This document shows, in pieces, positions 27,649 through 36,175 of a DNA stretch of 38,976 bases (positions are counted from its first letter, which is position 1; the number at the start of each line of letters is the position of its first letter). The notes under the pieces are model-generated. The model made no database searches. It saw only the letters and a list, made by a program, of their open reading frames with translations, and was not told the origin of the DNA. Made by a program: the position numbers and the translations under genes. The stretch lies in the NCBI GenBank assembly GCA_963666115.2, contig CAXXET010000005.1, positions 1 through 38,976 of the forward strand, given 5' to 3'. Source of the stretch: Dehalococcoidia bacterium (GTDB taxonomy: Bacteria > Chloroflexota > Dehalococcoidia > UBA6926).

Positions 27649-28916
27649 GACACGGCCTGCGGGGCGCTCTCAGCAGGAGCGTTTTGGTGTTGGGGGCGCT
27701 TCATCAGGAAGATGAGGAGGAGGGCGATGGCGAGCAGAAACACTGCAAGGAATGGTGGCCAATTGAGGGAGGATTCCTCGAACATGAAGTGGATCAAGCT
27801 GGTCATCAGGATATATCCGCAAAGTGTGCCGCCTGTCAAAGCGCCCAGCATCAATCCGAAGTGGCGCCTACCATAGTACTCGGTCAACAGGAGGACGATC
27901 GGAACACAGAGAGTTCCAACACCAGTACCCGCCGCAACAGAAAACGCCACAACGTTCCAACCCTCGACGTCAATGGCCACGATGACTACACAGGCTGCCT
28001 GGGCAACGATTGTGCCAAGCGCCACTCGCCGCCCCCCAAAGCGGTCAGCTAGCACTCCCGTCAGCAACAAGGCGGCTACACCGGGCAATACGACCCCCAG
28101 TGGTGTCTCGCTGAACGGCACGGCCGCCAATCGCAATGGAGAGAACAGCGGAAAGTAGCTCCAGGACAGCCCATTGACGGCAAGATGCAGCAATAGGACG
28201 GCGCTCGCTTGGCAAACGCATGCCGCAAGGAGGGCGAGGTACGACCGGTGAAGCAGGATGGAGTGCAGCGGCAACCATGCGTCAAGAACAAACGCCTGAC
28301 TCCTCAGTAGGAAGAAAAGTAGAACACCTAGCATCGGCAGAGCCAGTGCGAGATCCGGAGACAGGGGGGCGCCTCTTTCCAGGTCGACCGTGAACGGCCA
28401 AGTGAATCTCTGGATAAGTCCGGATCCGCTCACGTCAGCAACCAGTTGAGCGAGGGACAGGGCTGCGAACAGCAGGCCGTACACAATGCCCAGATGTCGC
28501 TTGAACCACGCTGTAGCAGCCTTCGCAAACGTAATGTGCAGTACGCCGGGCAAGACTGCCAGTATCACGATCCAGGCAAGATACAAAGACCATATCTGGC
28601 TGGAGAACGTCGCCAACACCAGCAGGAGCGGCAGTGCCACAAGAACTGGCACAACGATGGCTGGGACAGGGAATCGGTCTACAAGATGGCCGACCACAGG
28701 GGCCAGTACGACTATCAGGCCGCCGTAAAGATAGACACTGAACGTTCGAGAAAAGCCTTCAAGGCGTGCCAACTCCAACTCTAGAATGAATCTGGTGTCT
28801 CCTTGCAGAGCAGTCGCAATAAGAATCAAAAGAAACCCCGCCAGCACGATCCACCACCCGTAGTAAATCTGGCGCGGTATCAGCGGCGCGGACGGCTCTC
28901 TGTCTTGCTCATTCAT
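27645..28916 (-). CDS. MFS transporter (divergent, lower GC)
   Basis: IYYGWW, GHLVDRFP, WFKRHLG, GVLADRFGGR, EYYGRRHFG; TAGCAT -10-like box 5 nt before ATG 28916. Confidence 0.82.
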   Translation of the reverse strand: MNEQDREPSAPLIPRQIYYGWWIVLAGFLLILIATALQGDTRFILELELARLEGFSRTFSVYLYGGLIVVLAPVVGHLVDRFPVPAIVVPVLVALPLLLVLATFSSQIWSLYLAWIVILAVLPGVLHITFAKAATAWFKRHLGIVYGLLFAALSLAQLVADVSGSGLIQRFTWPFTVDLERGAPLSPDLALALPMLGVLLFFLLRSQAFVLDAWLPLHSILLHRSYLALLAACVCQASAVLLLHLAVNGLSWSYFPLFSPLRLAAVPFSETPLGVVLPGVAALLLTGVLADRFGGRRVALGTIVAQAACVVIVAIDVEGWNVVAFSVAAGTGVGTLCVPIVLLLTEYYGRRHFGLMLGALTGGTLCGYILMTSLIHFMFEESSLNWPPFLAVFLLAIALLLIFLMKRPQHQNAPAESAPQAVS

Positions 28917-28953
28917 GCCCCATGCTAGGCGCGAGCGCGCACCAAACACAAAC

Positions 28954-28980
28954 GTAAGGGCGGTTCGCGAACCGCCCTAC
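28954..28980. repeat. GTAG-type REP palindrome, copy 2
   Basis: GTAAGGGCGGTTCGCGAACCGCCCTAC, nearly identical to 4869-4896. Confidence 0.78.
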
Positions 28981-29041
28981 TTGCCCTTACCCATTAAAAT
29001 AGAATGCGGAGGATGTGAGACTCGGGGGGGAGTTAACAGTC

Positions 29042-29263
29042 ATGCAGCAAGAACTGCGTCTCACGACGGAAGTTCTGCCGGGTGGGAAAATCGAGGTGGC
29101 AAGCCCCGATTTGACGGCAGGCGACGTCGTGGACATCACGATAGCCCGTGCCGATGAGGCGCATCGATCGCGCAAACGGTCGATTGTGAAAATCGTGGCC
29201 GAGGCTCCCGGCCAGGTCATGTTCAAGTCCATCAACAAATCGGGCGAGTACGTCGTCGAATAG
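29042..29263 (+). CDS. Small hypothetical protein, antitoxin-like
   Basis: [13 protein letters not shown]...GDVVDITI beta-rich N-terminus and [11 protein letters not shown] resemble small ORFs that I recall preceding PIN toxins; GGAG SD upstream. Confidence 0.55.
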   Translation: MQQELRLTTEVLPGGKIEVASPDLTAGDVVDITIARADEAHRSRKRSIVKIVAEAPGQVMFKSINKSGEYVVE

Positions 29264-29349
29264 TCTCCCCCGCAGGCGGCGGGTTGCTACAATGGGCGTG
29301 TCAGGTTGCCCAGCGTTCACCGTATTGCACGGAGGAGACCCAGCCGAAT

Positions 29350-30531
29350 ATGCCACTACCAGAGCAGGCTCGCCGCGTCGCCCAACTGCCCCCGTACCTC
29401 TTCGTGGAAGTCACGCGCAAGATCAATGAGAAACGCGCACAAGGCGAGGACGTTATCTCGCTCGCCATCGGCGATCCCGACCTCCCCTCCGCGCCCCACG
29501 TGATCAGCGCGCTCGTCACGTCGCTGGAGGATGTGGCGAATCACCGCTACCCGGAATCCGACGGCCTGCCCGCCTTCCGCCGCTCCGTCGCGGGCTGGTA
29601 CGAGAAAAGGTTCGGCGTAGAGTTCGACCCCGATACGGAGGTTCTCCCCACCATCGGCTCCAAGGAGGGCATCGCCCACATCGCGTGGTGCTACCTGGAT
29701 CCCGGCGACATCGCCCTCGTGCCCGACCCCGGCTACCCCGTCTACAGCGTCGGCACGATGCTTGCGGGCGGCGAGTCGTACTACATGCCGCTCCACCGCG
29801 AGACCGGCTTCCTGCCGGACCTCGACGCCATCCCGGAGGACATCGCCCGAAAGGCCAAGCTGCTGTGGATCAACTACCCGAACAACCCCACGGCTGCCGT
29901 CGCAGAGCTTGATTTCTACGAGCGCGTCGTGGAGTTCGCCAAGAAATATGACATCGTCGTCTGCCATGACGGCCCCTACACGGAGGTCGCGTTTGACGGC
30001 TACAAGCCCGTGAGCTTCATGCAGGTGGAGGGCGCAAAGGACGTGGGCATCGAGTTCCACTCCCTGTCCAAGTCGTACAACATGACCGGCTGGCGCATCG
30101 GCATGACCGTTGGCAACGCAGAGGTCACCAACGCCCTCATGCGCATAAAGTCGAACGTTGACTCCGGCGTGTTCCAGGCCGTGCAGCTTGCGGGCATCGC
30201 CGCGATCGAGGGCCCGCAGGACATTATTGACCACCATAACGCCGTCTACCAGGCGCGCCGCGACAAGCTGATTCCCGTGCTGCGCCAATTGGGGCTGGAG
30301 GTCGATCCGCCCAAGGCGAGCCTGTACGTCTGGGCCAAACTGCCGGACGGCGCGCTGTCCGGGGATTTCGCATCGCGTCTCATCGAAGAGGCGAACGTGG
30401 TTGTGACCCCCGGGCGCGGCTACGGCGAGGCGGGCGAAGGATACATCCGCTGCTCGCTCACCGTCGGGGACGACGCCCTCGACCGCGCGCTGGAACGGCT
30501 GAGCAGCGTCAACGTCTCCAATCTGCTCTAG
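29350..30531 (+). CDS. dapL: LL-diaminopimelate aminotransferase
   Basis: [61 protein letters not shown]; dapF nearby. Confidence 0.9.
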   Translation: MPLPEQARRVAQLPPYLFVEVTRKINEKRAQGEDVISLAIGDPDLPSAPHVISALVTSLEDVANHRYPESDGLPAFRRSVAGWYEKRFGVEFDPDTEVLPTIGSKEGIAHIAWCYLDPGDIALVPDPGYPVYSVGTMLAGGESYYMPLHRETGFLPDLDAIPEDIARKAKLLWINYPNNPTAAVAELDFYERVVEFAKKYDIVVCHDGPYTEVAFDGYKPVSFMQVEGAKDVGIEFHSLSKSYNMTGWRIGMTVGNAEVTNALMRIKSNVDSGVFQAVQLAGIAAIEGPQDIIDHHNAVYQARRDKLIPVLRQLGLEVDPPKASLYVWAKLPDGALSGDFASRLIEEANVVVTPGRGYGEAGEGYIRCSLTVGDDALDRALERLSSVNVSNLL

Positions 30532-30544
30532 GAAGAACGCAAGC

Positions 30545-30874
30545 ATGACGCAGGCGAGCGAGGCGACGGCGGGCGTCAGCCCGTTTACCCCAGACGAGGA
30601 GCGCGTGATCCTCGTCCTGGCACAAGCGGACCGCTCCCTGACTCTGCCGGAATTGTCGGCGCGCCTTGAGACCCCGGACGAAGACTTGCACGAGGCGATG
30701 CGTTCCCTTTATCGCCGCCATTTCCTGCTGGTATCGCGCGGCATCGGGCAGATCGAGGACACCTATCTGCTCTCACAGCCCGCCCGCGCCTATGCCCGCC
30801 TTTCTCTCCTCCCGGACGCGCCGCGCGCTCTGCCAATCGATGCGCGCAAGCCGGCGGCTAAAGACTCGCGTTGA
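30545..30874 (+). CDS. Hypothetical winged-helix-like protein
   Basis: FTPDEERVILVLA...LTLPELSARL....LHEAMRSLYRRHFL pattern; 13 nt downstream of dapL. Confidence 0.6.
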   Translation: MTQASEATAGVSPFTPDEERVILVLAQADRSLTLPELSARLETPDEDLHEAMRSLYRRHFLLVSRGIGQIEDTYLLSQPARAYARLSLLPDAPRALPIDARKPAAKDSR

Positions 30875-31577
30875 ACGCGAACCAGTTCACCCACCAATAC
30901 CAGGTGATATACCCCCCCGCGCCAATCAGCATCACCGGACTCGCCCACTCCACAACCGGCATCGCCCGCCGGATCACCACGCGGATAAGGTCCTTGAAGA
31001 CCGCCGCCCCCAGCGTCAGCCCAATCAGTCCCACGCCCATCCCCGCGCCGTAGATCAGGAACATGATGAACGCCGCATAGCCGCCGATGACCTGCCCCTG
31101 CGCGAGAATCGCCAGGAAAATGGGAAACGTGCAGCTCAGCGTTGCCAGCGCGTACGCCAGCCCGAACAGGAAGACGGACGCCAACCCCCTGCTCCCAGTC
31201 CCCCAGTTCACGCCAATGGCCGGTATGAGTGAGATTGAGCGCTTGTTGACCAGCATGAACACGACCATGTACGCGCCCAGCAGGATGAGCGCGATGCCGA
31301 CGATGCTTGCGGCATAGGGAATGACGTCGCGCAGGATGGTTCCCACCGCGCTCCACACCACGCCGAACGCGCCGAACAGGAACAGGAACGCGAGCGCCGC
31401 CGTGCCTCCGACGAGCATCGCCTGGCCGAGCCGCAGCGCAATGCGCCGCTCCTCGTACCCCTCCTCGCGCGAGCCGATGTAGTAGCCGATGTACGCGGGC
31501 AGCATTGCCACGCCGCACGGGCTGGCCAGCGCGACGAAACCGGCGCTGAACGCAAAGGCAAACGGAAGACTGAGCAT
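30858..31577 (-). CDS. CcdA/DsbD-type transmembrane thiol-disulfide protein
   Basis: AGFVALASPCGVAMLPAY and YALATLSCTFPIF, giving two membrane cysteines; YGAGMG. Confidence 0.85.
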   Translation of the reverse strand: MLSLPFAFAFSAGFVALASPCGVAMLPAYIGYYIGSREEGYEERRIALRLGQAMLVGGTAALAFLFLFGAFGVVWSAVGTILRDVIPYAASIVGIALILLGAYMVVFMLVNKRSISLIPAIGVNWGTGSRGLASVFLFGLAYALATLSCTFPIFLAILAQGQVIGGYAAFIMFLIYGAGMGVGLIGLTLGAAVFKDLIRVVIRRAMPVVEWASPVMLIGAGGYITWYWWVNWFAFNASL

Positions 31578-31625
31578 CGTGGTTGGCGCCGGCCGTTCTC
31601 GGCGGTTGCAGCCGGGACGGTGAGG

Positions 31626-32009
31626 CTAGGCGGTTGCGGCCTCCTGGTCGATGACGGCGCACGACAGCAGCCGCTCCGCGGTTTCCGTCAGCATCGCGTC
31701 ACCGAGTGACAGGATGTCCCGCACGCGCTGGTCCGTCACCGAATAGAAGACGTTGCGGCCCCGCCGGTCCGCGTCCACGAAACCGCACCAGCGGAGACAG
31801 GCAAGGTGGCTGGAAACGCGGCCCTGCGGCGCTCCCAGCATCTCCACGAGTTCCGAGACGCTGCGCTCCGACTCCAGCAGGATGTGGAGGATCCGGAGCC
31901 GCGTCGGGTCTCCAAGTCCGCGGAAGAATCGGGCCGCCGCCTCAGCGCCGGAGGACGCGGCAAGCATGGGGCCCGTTGGCGTGAGTGACAGTACGTGCAT
32001 TGCGCTCAT
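31626..32009 (-). CDS. ArsR/SmtB family metalloregulator (CmtR-like)
   Basis: FRGLGDPTRLRIL, SVSELV, VSSHLACLRWCGFV, RRGRNVFYS, C-terminal Cys. Confidence 0.9.
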   Translation of the reverse strand: MSAMHVLSLTPTGPMLAASSGAEAAARFFRGLGDPTRLRILHILLESERSVSELVEMLGAPQGRVSSHLACLRWCGFVDADRRGRNVFYSVTDQRVRDILSLGDAMLTETAERLLSCAVIDQEAATA

Positions 32010-32098
32010 TCGATAAGACCGTCCATTCCCTGCTCTGTGGATTCCCTTAAACTATATCGTATGTCACGGGGCGAGTTCGTCCGTACAATTGAGAGCAC

Positions 32099-33253
32099 AT
32101 GCACGCTCCAACTCTTTCCCCGGTTGCCGCTCGGCCTTTAGCAGCCGCCCTGTTCGCGGCGGTCATTGCGGTCGTGCTCGTAACCGCCTGCGCCGCCGAG
32201 CCAACGCCGACTCCCACACCCGAACCCACGGCGACAAGCACGCCGACGGCGACGCCCGCCCCAACCGCAACCCCGTTTATCGCGTCCTCGCACACGCCCC
32301 GCCCAATCAGTCTGCCTGCGGACGAAGCCTCCCATGACAATGCCGTCGAGTGGTGGTACTACAGCGGCGCGCTGGAAGACGAGAATGACGCCGGCTACGG
32401 ATTCCACTTCGTCGTCTTCCAGGCGCGCGACCCGGAGACGGGCAACGTCGGATACATGGCGCACGCCTCCGTGTTTGAGGTGGACGCGGGAGAGCGGGAG
32501 CAGGACGTGCGGTTCGGCCTCGAGCCCCAGCCGCAGCCGGAAGCGGGATTCGCGTTCACATTTAGCGACTGGACGGCGAGCGGCGGCGACGGCACGCACA
32601 CGTTCGCGGCGTCCACGGAGTCATACGCGTTCGATCTCACCGTGGAGGCCATGAAACCCGCCGCCTTGCACAACGAGGGCACAGGCTACCTTGAGGCGCT
32701 GAACGGGTGGACGTACTACTACAGTTGGACGTCGATGCGCGTGTCCGGGACGCTGCGCGTGGGCGGTAACGAGCACGACGTGACGGGCCACGCGTGGATG
32801 GATCACCAGTGGGGCGACTTTGTCGTCAGCGGATACCCGAGCGGCTGGCAGTGGTTCTCCGTCGTGATGGCAAACGGCCATGAGTTGATGGTGGCAGAGG
32901 CGCGGGAGGCCGACGGTGAAACCGTCGTCTACGGCACGCTCATCGACCCTGAAGGGGTGACAACGCACATCGACGACGAGGACATCACCATAGACGTGCT
33001 GGGCAGTTGGAGCAGCCCGCACACAGGCGGCGAATACCCCGCCGGATGGGAAATCCAAATCCCTCGCCACGAGATCGCAATGACGCTGACGCCCATGCTG
33101 GACGACCAGGAGTTCACGCTCGCATTCCCACCCAACACCATCTACTGGGAGGGCCTAGTAGAAACCGCAATCATCTTCGAAGGAGCCCCCCTAAACGGAA
33201 GCAACTACGGCTACGTAGAGCTCGTAGGCTACATCCCGCCCCCCACGACATGA
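32099..33253 (+). CDS. Lipoprotein of the AttH/CrtC-like (lipocalin-like, carotenoid 1,2-hydratase) family
   Basis: Signal peptide with LVTAC lipobox, Pro/Thr linker, H...EWWYYSG, YYYS, AWMDHQWG, GWQWF, WSSPHTGGEYPAGW, YWEG, GYVELVGY. Confidence 0.85.
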   Translation: MHAPTLSPVAARPLAAALFAAVIAVVLVTACAAEPTPTPTPEPTATSTPTATPAPTATPFIASSHTPRPISLPADEASHDNAVEWWYYSGALEDENDAGYGFHFVVFQARDPETGNVGYMAHASVFEVDAGEREQDVRFGLEPQPQPEAGFAFTFSDWTASGGDGTHTFAASTESYAFDLTVEAMKPAALHNEGTGYLEALNGWTYYYSWTSMRVSGTLRVGGNEHDVTGHAWMDHQWGDFVVSGYPSGWQWFSVVMANGHELMVAEAREADGETVVYGTLIDPEGVTTHIDDEDITIDVLGSWSSPHTGGEYPAGWEIQIPRHEIAMTLTPMLDDQEFTLAFPPNTIYWEGLVETAIIFEGAPLNGSNYGYVELVGYIPPPTT

Positions 33254-33257
33254 ATTA

Positions 33258-33281
33258 CATTCTGAGCGCAGCGAAGAATCC
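33258..33281 (+). repeat. TGTC-type REP-like repeat, copy 3 (5' truncated)
   Basis: CATTCTGAGCGCAGCGAAGAATCC between convergent genes. Confidence 0.75.
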
Positions 33282-33289
33282 CTCGACGT

Positions 33290-34006
33290 CTATTCGTCCT
33301 CCACTCCATACGCCCGGCAACTCGCCCCCCACCGCTCAGAATGTCGCTGCGTCAGCCCCTCAAAATTCCCCGAAAACTCCGGCGTATCAATAGCATCAGT
33401 CGTCATCACGTAAGCGTCCTCCCCGTTGTCCGAGTAATACCGTTTGCGCCGCCCAACGATCTTGAACCCGTACTTCTTGTAGAGATTCTGCGCGATTTCA
33501 TTGGACACACGGACCTCCAACGTCACGGCGCGGCAGTTCAGCAGCTTGCTTGCCTCCACCGCGCCGATGATGAGCAGTTCCCCGATCCCCTGCCCGCGAT
33601 GGGATTGGCGCACGCCCACGCTCGTCACGTGCCCCTCGTCGATGACGGCCCACAGGCCGAGATACCCGGCGATCAGTTCCCCGGTTGGGGGCGTCGCGTC
33701 CGCGTCCCCGCCGAAGAGCCGCCTGACCGCGCCGGTGATCCCTCCGCCGCGCCGCCGCCCGCCGCCTCCCGTCCTCTCCGTGGGCGGCAAATCATTCTTG
33801 CGGGCATAATCGTCATATGCCGCGTCAGGGGAGGCCGCCACCAGGTAATGCGCGTACCGGCGTTCACGGAGGTCGCGCCGGAACGGCGGCGTGTGCCTGT
33901 TCTCCGGGAATGCGTCGCGGTCTATTTGGGCGGCCTGAATGATGTCGCCCTCATGCATGGGGCGAAGCAGCCAGGGCATTGCATCGAACGCGTTGTTGTC
34001 CGTCAT
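33290..34006 (-). CDS. rimI: Ribosomal protein S18-alanine N-acetyltransferase (RimI-like GNAT) with internal insertion
   Basis: GYLGLWAVIDEGHVTSVGV..RGQGIGE, TLEVRVSN..AQNLYKKYGF..GRRKRYYSDNGEDAYVM. Confidence 0.88.
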   Translation of the reverse strand: MTDNNAFDAMPWLLRPMHEGDIIQAAQIDRDAFPENRHTPPFRRDLRERRYAHYLVAASPDAAYDDYARKNDLPPTERTGGGGRRRGGGITGAVRRLFGGDADATPPTGELIAGYLGLWAVIDEGHVTSVGVRQSHRGQGIGELLIIGAVEASKLLNCRAVTLEVRVSNEIAQNLYKKYGFKIVGRRKRYYSDNGEDAYVMTTDAIDTPEFSGNFEGLTQRHSERWGASCRAYGVEDE

Positions 34007-34100
34007 TGGTCTCTCGTCGCCTGCAAAGAGGATAAAGTGAAACAGCCCACAGCGGGCAGCTAACCTGCAGAGGAACCCAATCGTTATCTGGATGTAGTGG

Positions 34101-34715
34101 ATGAATCAGGAACCGGCGCGCATTCACTCGGGGGCGGAAACGCCACCGGCGAACGATGACGTTGCGGCCATCGTCCGCCAGGCGCAGAACGGAGAGGCGG
34201 CGGCGTTTGGGCAGCTCTATGAAATCTATTCCGACAGGGTCTTTCGATACATCGCCTACCGCGTAGACAGCGACGCGGACGCGGAAGACATCACCGAGGA
34301 TGTGTTCATTCGCATGTTAGAGGCAATCGGCTCATTCAAGTGGCGCGACGTGCCCTTCTCCGCATGGCTCATGCGCATCGCCCACAACCGGGTCATCGAC
34401 CACTACCGCCGCAGCCGCCTCCGCACGGCACGGCCTCTCGATGACGCGCCGCCGCTTCCCTCCCGTGATCGAGACCCGCAGGAAAGGGTGGACGTCTTCT
34501 CGGACCTCCAAGAGCTGCGAGCGGCGATGGCCGGACTGACAGACCTGCAGCGGCAGGTGATCTCCCTCCGGTTCGGCTCGGACCTGTCAATCGCTGAGAC
34601 GGCGAAAGCGATGAGCCGCAATGAGGGTGCGGTCAAGGCGCTCCAGCACAGCGCCATTCGCGCGCTCCGCCGCCTGATGCCGCCGCGAGATTCACAAGGC
34701 GGGACGCAAAAATGA
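34101..34715 (+). CDS. ECF sigma-70 family RNA polymerase sigma factor
   Basis: AFGQLYE, DAEDITEDVF, FSAWLMRIAHNRVID, LTDLQRQVISLRF..LSIAETA...GAVKALQHSA. Confidence 0.95.
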   Translation: MNQEPARIHSGAETPPANDDVAAIVRQAQNGEAAAFGQLYEIYSDRVFRYIAYRVDSDADAEDITEDVFIRMLEAIGSFKWRDVPFSAWLMRIAHNRVIDHYRRSRLRTARPLDDAPPLPSRDRDPQERVDVFSDLQELRAAMAGLTDLQRQVISLRFGSDLSIAETAKAMSRNEGAVKALQHSAIRALRRLMPPRDSQGGTQK

Positions 34716-36100
34716 ACATGCCGCAGCCGCCTGACGACCCTGCCCTTTCGGACGCCGTGAATGACTGCCTTGACGCGCTCCGCCAGGGCGACTCCATAGA
34801 TAACTGCCTGGGCCGTTACCCGGACATCGCGGACGAACTGCGCCCACTGCTCGCCGCCGCAACCGCAATGGCGGGCGTGGCGCCAATCCGTGACGACGCC
34901 GCGCGGCGCATTGCCCACGCGCGCTTTGAGGGCGCAGTGCGGCATCACCTTTCCACAAACCGCCGTGGCGCATCCGGTCGATTCTCGTTCCGCGATTGGT
35001 GGAACAGCCGTGCCTCCGGCTGGTCGCGCGTGTGGGCCGTTGGATTTACCGCTGTCGCGCTGTTCGCCGTCCTCAGCACGGGCGCGGCCTACGCCTCCAC
35101 CAACGCAATGCCGGACAGCCCCCTCTACCCCGTCAAACGCGCCACGGAGCACGCCCGCCTCGCCATCACGTTCTCGGACGACAGCCGCGCCATCTACCAC
35201 CTGGAACTCATTGAGAGGCGCACGCTGGAACTGGCCGCCGTGGCCGAGACCGGCGATACGGAACAGGTTGCCAAGATAAGCCGCGACGTGCTCAAGAACA
35301 TCGAATTCGCGCGCGTTGAGGCTGGAGTCGATACCTCCGCTGATTCGCTCCAACAGCAGGACGCGGCGCCGCAAGCCGAAATCGCCATCGAATCAATCGA
35401 AATAGAAATGGCGCCCCAATCGCAGCCAACGGTCGACGGCGAACCCGGCCCTGCCTCCCCCTCGCTGGAGATCGTGGAAACCGCGGATAATCCCCGGCTG
35501 CGCGCCTATATCGAGGCAGAACGAGCCACCGCCGCCCGCGCCTACGCCACCCTCCAGATCGCGCACCAGCTTGCGCCGCCGGAGGGGCGCGCCCACGTCC
35601 TGAACGCGCTCACGCTGGCGGAGCAGCGGTACCGCCAAACACGCTACCCCGGCGAGCCCGCGCCAATCTCGCGCACCGTCTTCGCCCAGGGAATCGTGCG
35701 GATCAACGATGGCGTGATGACGATGGGCGGCAGCCTGGCTTTCGAAATCGCGCGCAATGCCCTTGGCAACCGCCCGCCGCACGACGGCGACTTTGCAACC
35801 GTCGGCGGCTACGTGCGAGATGACGGCGTACTGCTCGTGCTGCGCCTCTACGCGCTTGAAGTGGACGGGGTGGCCGAAGACCGTATCTGGCTCCAGGCGG
35901 AAACACTCGGACGCAGCGACGAGCACATCTTCATACCGGGATTCAACGTCACCCCCCACGATTGGTCTCAGATCAGCCAGCCCTCAAACCAGGACGGCCG
36001 CTGGCTCTACGTCTACGGAACGCTCACAGACAACGGCGCAGTCGCCGGCGAAGACGTCCACCTCATCGGCAACGGCCCCACCACATTCCCCCTGCCCTAA
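34712..36100 (+). CDS. Probable membrane-anchored anti-sigma factor (DUF5667-like)
   Basis: ATGA overlap with the sigma gene; N-terminal CLDAL..G.SIDNCL.RYP, one TM helix, then AMPDSPLYPVKRATE..RL. Confidence 0.75.
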   Translation: MNMPQPPDDPALSDAVNDCLDALRQGDSIDNCLGRYPDIADELRPLLAAATAMAGVAPIRDDAARRIAHARFEGAVRHHLSTNRRGASGRFSFRDWWNSRASGWSRVWAVGFTAVALFAVLSTGAAYASTNAMPDSPLYPVKRATEHARLAITFSDDSRAIYHLELIERRTLELAAVAETGDTEQVAKISRDVLKNIEFARVEAGVDTSADSLQQQDAAPQAEIAIESIEIEMAPQSQPTVDGEPGPASPSLEIVETADNPRLRAYIEAERATAARAYATLQIAHQLAPPEGRAHVLNALTLAEQRYRQTRYPGEPAPISRTVFAQGIVRINDGVMTMGGSLAFEIARNALGNRPPHDGDFATVGGYVRDDGVLLVLRLYALEVDGVAEDRIWLQAETLGRSDEHIFIPGFNVTPHDWSQISQPSNQDGRWLYVYGTLTDNGAVAGEDVHLIGNGPTTFPLP

Positions 36101-36108
36101 CCCCCATC

Positions 36109-36135
36109 TGTCATTCTGAGCGCAGCGAAGAATCT
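36109..36135 (+). repeat. TGTC-type REP-like repeat, copy 4
   Basis: TGTCATTCTGAGCGCAGCGAAGAATCT, identical to 8235-8261. Confidence 0.8.
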
Positions 36136-36175
36136 TCCCCCGCCCTAACCCCAACTCGCGTTATACTTTGATGTT

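Noticed and set aside
32200-32275. Low-complexity repeat-like DNA (CCAACGCCGACTCCCACACCC...)
   Set aside because: It encodes an ordinary Pro/Thr lipoprotein linker.
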